Source: Craspedostauros australis (lineage: Eukaryota). From it: a stretch of DNA of 52,654 nt. This document shows, in pieces, positions 48,965 to 52,654 of this stretch. Both the position numbers and the translations under genes were made by a program. Where the stretch lies: assembly GCA_030167865.1 (NCBI GenBank), contig JALAGF010006007.1, forward strand, positions 1 to 52,654. The letters run 5' to 3'. The notes under the pieces were generated by a model. It was not told the origin of the DNA and did not search any database. It saw only the letters and a program-made list of their open reading frames with translations. Numbering within the stretch: the first letter of the stretch is position 1; each line of letters opens with the position of its first letter.

Positions 48965-51418
48965 ATGAAAGCTGAGGTGGAGGCAGCTACGAACGGTCAT
49001 GGTGGCGAGAGTGGTGTGGAGGAAGCACCATGCGTGAGATCGCTGATCGAAGGAAGATGGACGCCGCGGCCTTGTCATGAACAGACCCCGCAGCGGTTGG
49101 CAACGTGCATCTCCAAGATGTCGATGTCACCGCCATCGCCGTCATCATCGGTACCGTCAACATCATCGCCCACGATGCGGGATGGCACGCAGGGATTCTT
49201 CGAACCGACGGTACCGCACGCTGCCACGTGCTCTTCAACGAGCTGCTCTCCCATCATCATCCAGGAGAGGTACATTCTGTCGGTCGTCACGGTGAGCGGG
49301 TCTGCAGGTGATTCCATTGCAGCTGCTGCCAACACCGGCAATGGGAACAGTGCCAACGCGGAGACGCGGAAGGTCTGCTTCCTTCTCCACGAGCTGTCGA
49401 TCCCGAGAGATCCGACGAGTCGGACGAAGACGGAGCCGATCCATCGCCTCGTCGTAGATTACGATGTCTCCATCATCCAGTGCTTCTGCCACACGCTTCC
49501 CAGCCACTCGCAGGACTCTGATGAGACGCTCATGATTGCTGCGCTGTCGACGGAGGGATACGTCTTTTTGCTGGTGCTGCGTGACAGTGCCAGCGTCAGC
49601 AGCCCAACTAACAGAAACAGCAGCAGCAACTACAACTACAACAACAGTATCGGCAGTACCGACCACCAAAGCACCCATGAGAGCGCGTCGGTGCCGAAGC
49701 TCGAGCTCAATTACGTTTGGCACACAGACCGAGTTGGGGCCAGCAACTTCGCCGTCCGATTGAACCTGCCAACATCCGAGAGAGATCACCCTTCCATCTC
49801 GATCCACATCGGTTATCAATCCAACCACATCGAGTGCTGGCTCATCGTTGCGAGAGAGGACGCGCTGGAGTCGCCTTACGTCAGGACGAGGAGACCGCTG
49901 AAGAAAGGGAGCATGGCAAAGACTAATCCGCCCACGACCAGAGACACGTTCCTCTTTGACAGACCCGATGTGGTTCAGATATGGAGCGGGTTGCTCGATG
50001 GGCCAATTCGTGCACTGTACTCCTTCACGTTCGGGCAGGATGCGACCAGCGCCAGCATCCGGACTAAGACGGGCAAAGCGGATAGTTTCCACCCTCCTGC
50101 AAACAGCGCCGCCAGTACCACAGCCCAAGCCTATCCACGGTCCCTACGCTTCCCCCAATTCATCAATCGCAATGGATCCGCACAACATGGGCACGGTCAC
50201 GGTCGTGGAAATGGGCACCCGGGTCAAGGCCAAGGTCAAGGCAACGTTATCATCCACGCGGACATGGAGAAAGATGATGCAGCGTACCTAATCGTCATCA
50301 TCCAATCAACGCAGAACGAGAATAGTGCACAAAAATCGGCAGCAGCAAGACGGGGATCTACGCCCGCTAAAGAGGAACCCATCTGCCGCGTTGAGATGAT
50401 CAACCTCGAGAGTGTCCTATCGGCTTGGAATCAGCTCCAGAAAGAGATGAACGGGCCTCAGCATGTCACGTTGATGGATCATGCTGTCCCGCAGGAAGTG
50501 AGAATCAACGCCACATCGAAGACCTCGGACTCGAACATTTCAACAGGTCACGGTGGTGGTGGAAGCACCATCAGTACGAGTACGGATGGAAGAGCAAGGA
50601 ACCAGTCATCGTCAACGCGGCTGCCTCCGCTGGTCCCATGCGTTGGAAGCGATGTCATCCGCACTGTGCACGGCGATTCGTCCAGTCATCGGTGCGGCGT
50701 GACCATGTCTGATGGAAGCGTCCTCTTCCTCACCGCTACGAAGACCAAGAACAACGGCGCTTCATGGGGGACCTTCAATGAGGTAGATTGCAACATGCTG
50801 ATGTATCCATCGATCGGATGTGGCATCGCAGCAATTCGCGGCAAAACCAAGCACATGATATGCTGCACACGAAGCGGCACTGTCTTCATTATCCCCGCGC
50901 ACAAGGTTCATCAACCCATCAGTGAATCCACAATCCTGACCACGAGCTACCCGGAGGATACTGACTTCGATTCACCGGTGACCTACGTCCAATCCTTCCA
51001 AGCGGGGAACCTCCTTCTGAAACACGGCAGCGAGAGGGTGAAGCTCCCTGTGCTGATCTTTGGATGGACCAATGGCATCATGGACGTGTACGCGTGCAGT
51101 TTGCTACCATCCAGTTTGATCGAGGATTCCACAACAGTTGCAGCGACGCAGATGAAACCAACCGTTCCGGTGGAGCAGCAGGTGCTGATTGAAGACTGCT
51201 GGGAGAATGGGTCGATCGAGCTCCTGTTCCAACTCCTCGAGCATCTGCAGGACGATCCGAATAATCCGTTGCTGCGAGATCCAATGTGGAAGGCAGCGCT
51301 CGCGGAATTCGTGGAGCTTTCGGACTATCCCGACAGCATGGTCGATGTCATGATGGAATCCGAGATGTATCCTGCTATGCGATCGACCCTCCTTTCCTTG
51401 TCCACAGTTTCGGATTGA
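48965..51418 (+). CDS. Large hypothetical protein (~800 aa), probable beta-propeller, possibly ITFG2-like
   Basis: Uninterrupted 848-codon ORF with beta-strand-like hydrophobic runs separated by low-complexity loops. The start is uncertain. Confidence 0.75.
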   Translation: MKAEVEAATNGHGGESGVEEAPCVRSLIEGRWTPRPCHEQTPQRLATCISKMSMSPPSPSSSVPSTSSPTMRDGTQGFFEPTVPHAATCSSTSCSPIIIQERYILSVVTVSGSAGDSIAAAANTGNGNSANAETRKVCFLLHELSIPRDPTSRTKTEPIHRLVVDYDVSIIQCFCHTLPSHSQDSDETLMIAALSTEGYVFLLVLRDSASVSSPTNRNSSSNYNYNNSIGSTDHQSTHESASVPKLELNYVWHTDRVGASNFAVRLNLPTSERDHPSISIHIGYQSNHIECWLIVAREDALESPYVRTRRPLKKGSMAKTNPPTTRDTFLFDRPDVVQIWSGLLDGPIRALYSFTFGQDATSASIRTKTGKADSFHPPANSAASTTAQAYPRSLRFPQFINRNGSAQHGHGHGRGNGHPGQGQGQGNVIIHADMEKDDAAYLIVIIQSTQNENSAQKSAAARRGSTPAKEEPICRVEMINLESVLSAWNQLQKEMNGPQHVTLMDHAVPQEVRINATSKTSDSNISTGHGGGGSTISTSTDGRARNQSSSTRLPPLVPCVGSDVIRTVHGDSSSHRCGVTMSDGSVLFLTATKTKNNGASWGTFNEVDCNMLMYPSIGCGIAAIRGKTKHMICCTRSGTVFIIPAHKVHQPISESTILTTSYPEDTDFDSPVTYVQSFQAGNLLLKHGSERVKLPVLIFGWTNGIMDVYACSLLPSSLIEDSTTVAATQMKPTVPVEQQVLIEDCWENGSIELLFQLLEHLQDDPNNPLLRDPMWKAALAEFVELSDYPDSMVDVMMESEMYPAMRSTLLSLSTVSD

Positions 51419-51887
51419 ATTGCAGAATCAAGGAGCACTCGTCACGTGTTGCATTATCGGGATGGCACGCATAAGTATCGCATTACCCCCAAGATTATGA
51501 ATCAGAGAATATAAGAGTACAGTAGAGTAGAATAGAGTAGAGTATAGTACAGTAACACGCTCGCGCCCTGTGCGAAGTTGCAAGGATGACGGTGGAAGCG
51601 AGCTGAGGTGGTGGTGGTGTGGGTAGTTGCAGACAGTGGCAGGTATTGTCTTGGTTCGATGGCCTTCCCTCTTGTCTCGTGTTGTAGCGTGCTCAACAAC
51701 AACAGATCTGAACAACAAAGCAACACAAAAATACCACCAACACAAACGCACAAAAGGGAAGACGAACAGAGATAGCCACAGAAAGCAACTGAAGATCTGC
51801 AACAAGCACCAACACAAAGACAGAGTCAGAGTCAGAGGGACGCCGAAGCCACAATAGTATTATATACTAAAGGGGACGTTCGGAAAG

Positions 51888-52654
51888 ATGATGGACCCAA
51901 TGGCAAACCTGGACGCCGGGGCAGCAGCACCCAGCGCCGACGACGATGAGAAGGACGTGATTGATTTCTCCACGCTGCGGCTGAATGTGCAACGGATTGA
52001 CAAGACGAAGTCAGTGATGGGCATCGCATCGGGCTGCGTTGCTGGAATCCTGGGATTGACAGGATGGGAGGGACTGGGTACGTCGGACTAGTGGCATGGC
52101 GTTGTGCCAGTATTCTGCAGCGCAGTGTGCTGTGCTGTGCCGTGATGGTATGGCATGATTTGGCGTGACATGTCGGCTTCGCGAGGTTATTATTATTCTG
52201 CTGCTGCTGCGGTTGTTACAACTGCTGCGATCTTCTTGGAGATGGATCAGGATTGGCCTTGTGCTGCTTCACCATCCAACTTATGATACGAGTGTGGCAA
52301 TACGATGTGGTCAACTCACTCTTCGCATATCCTTCGGAACTGCTTGTCTTGCATACCCACGCTGGGCCGATCTCTCTCTCTCCCTTTCCGTGTTGACGAT
52401 GCGCACACGAATACAACCACAACCTCAACTACCACTGCCACTACAAATATTTCCACGAACGGACGCACACAGTGTGTTTTGCCATCCTGCAGTCCATCGT
52501 GCTGCTCAGCCTTTGGGCCTTCAAGATGAACTTCCGACTATACGCTTGCACAAGACAGTCATGGTTCTCGTACATCTCGGCCAACCTGCAACAAAATGCG
52601 CTGTCATTCACGTTGTTTTGGACGTTGTTCTATGGACTGGTGTATCTGTATTGA
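51888..52654 (+). CDS. EMC6: ER membrane protein complex subunit 6 (EMC6/Rab5-interacting family), two exons
   Basis: Exons 51888-52077 and 52473-52654 (GTACGT..CAG, phase 1). Motifs GIASGCVAGILGLTGWEG and C-terminal SFTLFWTLFYGLVYLY. Confidence 0.93.

Overview
This is eukaryotic nuclear DNA, most consistent with a diatom. The evidence is GT-AG introns, several bipartite signal-peptide plus ASAF-like plastid presequences, and a Ty1/copia element resembling diatom CoDi elements. Bases 1-4040 are the 3' part of a dead copia LTR retrotransposon with its PPT and a short candidate 3' LTR, plus a gap-flanking assembly duplication. The rest holds about 16 protein genes and one tRNA-Ile(AAT). The genes are PDCD4/MA3, proteasome alpha-7, M50B-like peptidase, START/cyclase, bacterial-type (NE0047-like) guanine deaminase, Cys-rich cytochrome b5, Nup155, APX-related peroxidase, PGAP1-like hydrolase, plastid LPAAT, F-box/WD40, plastid nucleotide transporter, GUN4, plastid sigma-70, a possible ITFG2-like protein and EMC6. 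The most notable unexplained structures are (1) an intergenic repeat-spacer array with CRISPR-like geometry at ~48270-48495 with no cas genes nearby, (2) an inverted, internally deleted copy of the deaminase gene 18 kb from its parent, and (3) a run of plastid-targeted genes including a head-to-head hydrolase/acyltransferase pair. All homology calls come from motif recognition by eye; no searches were run.
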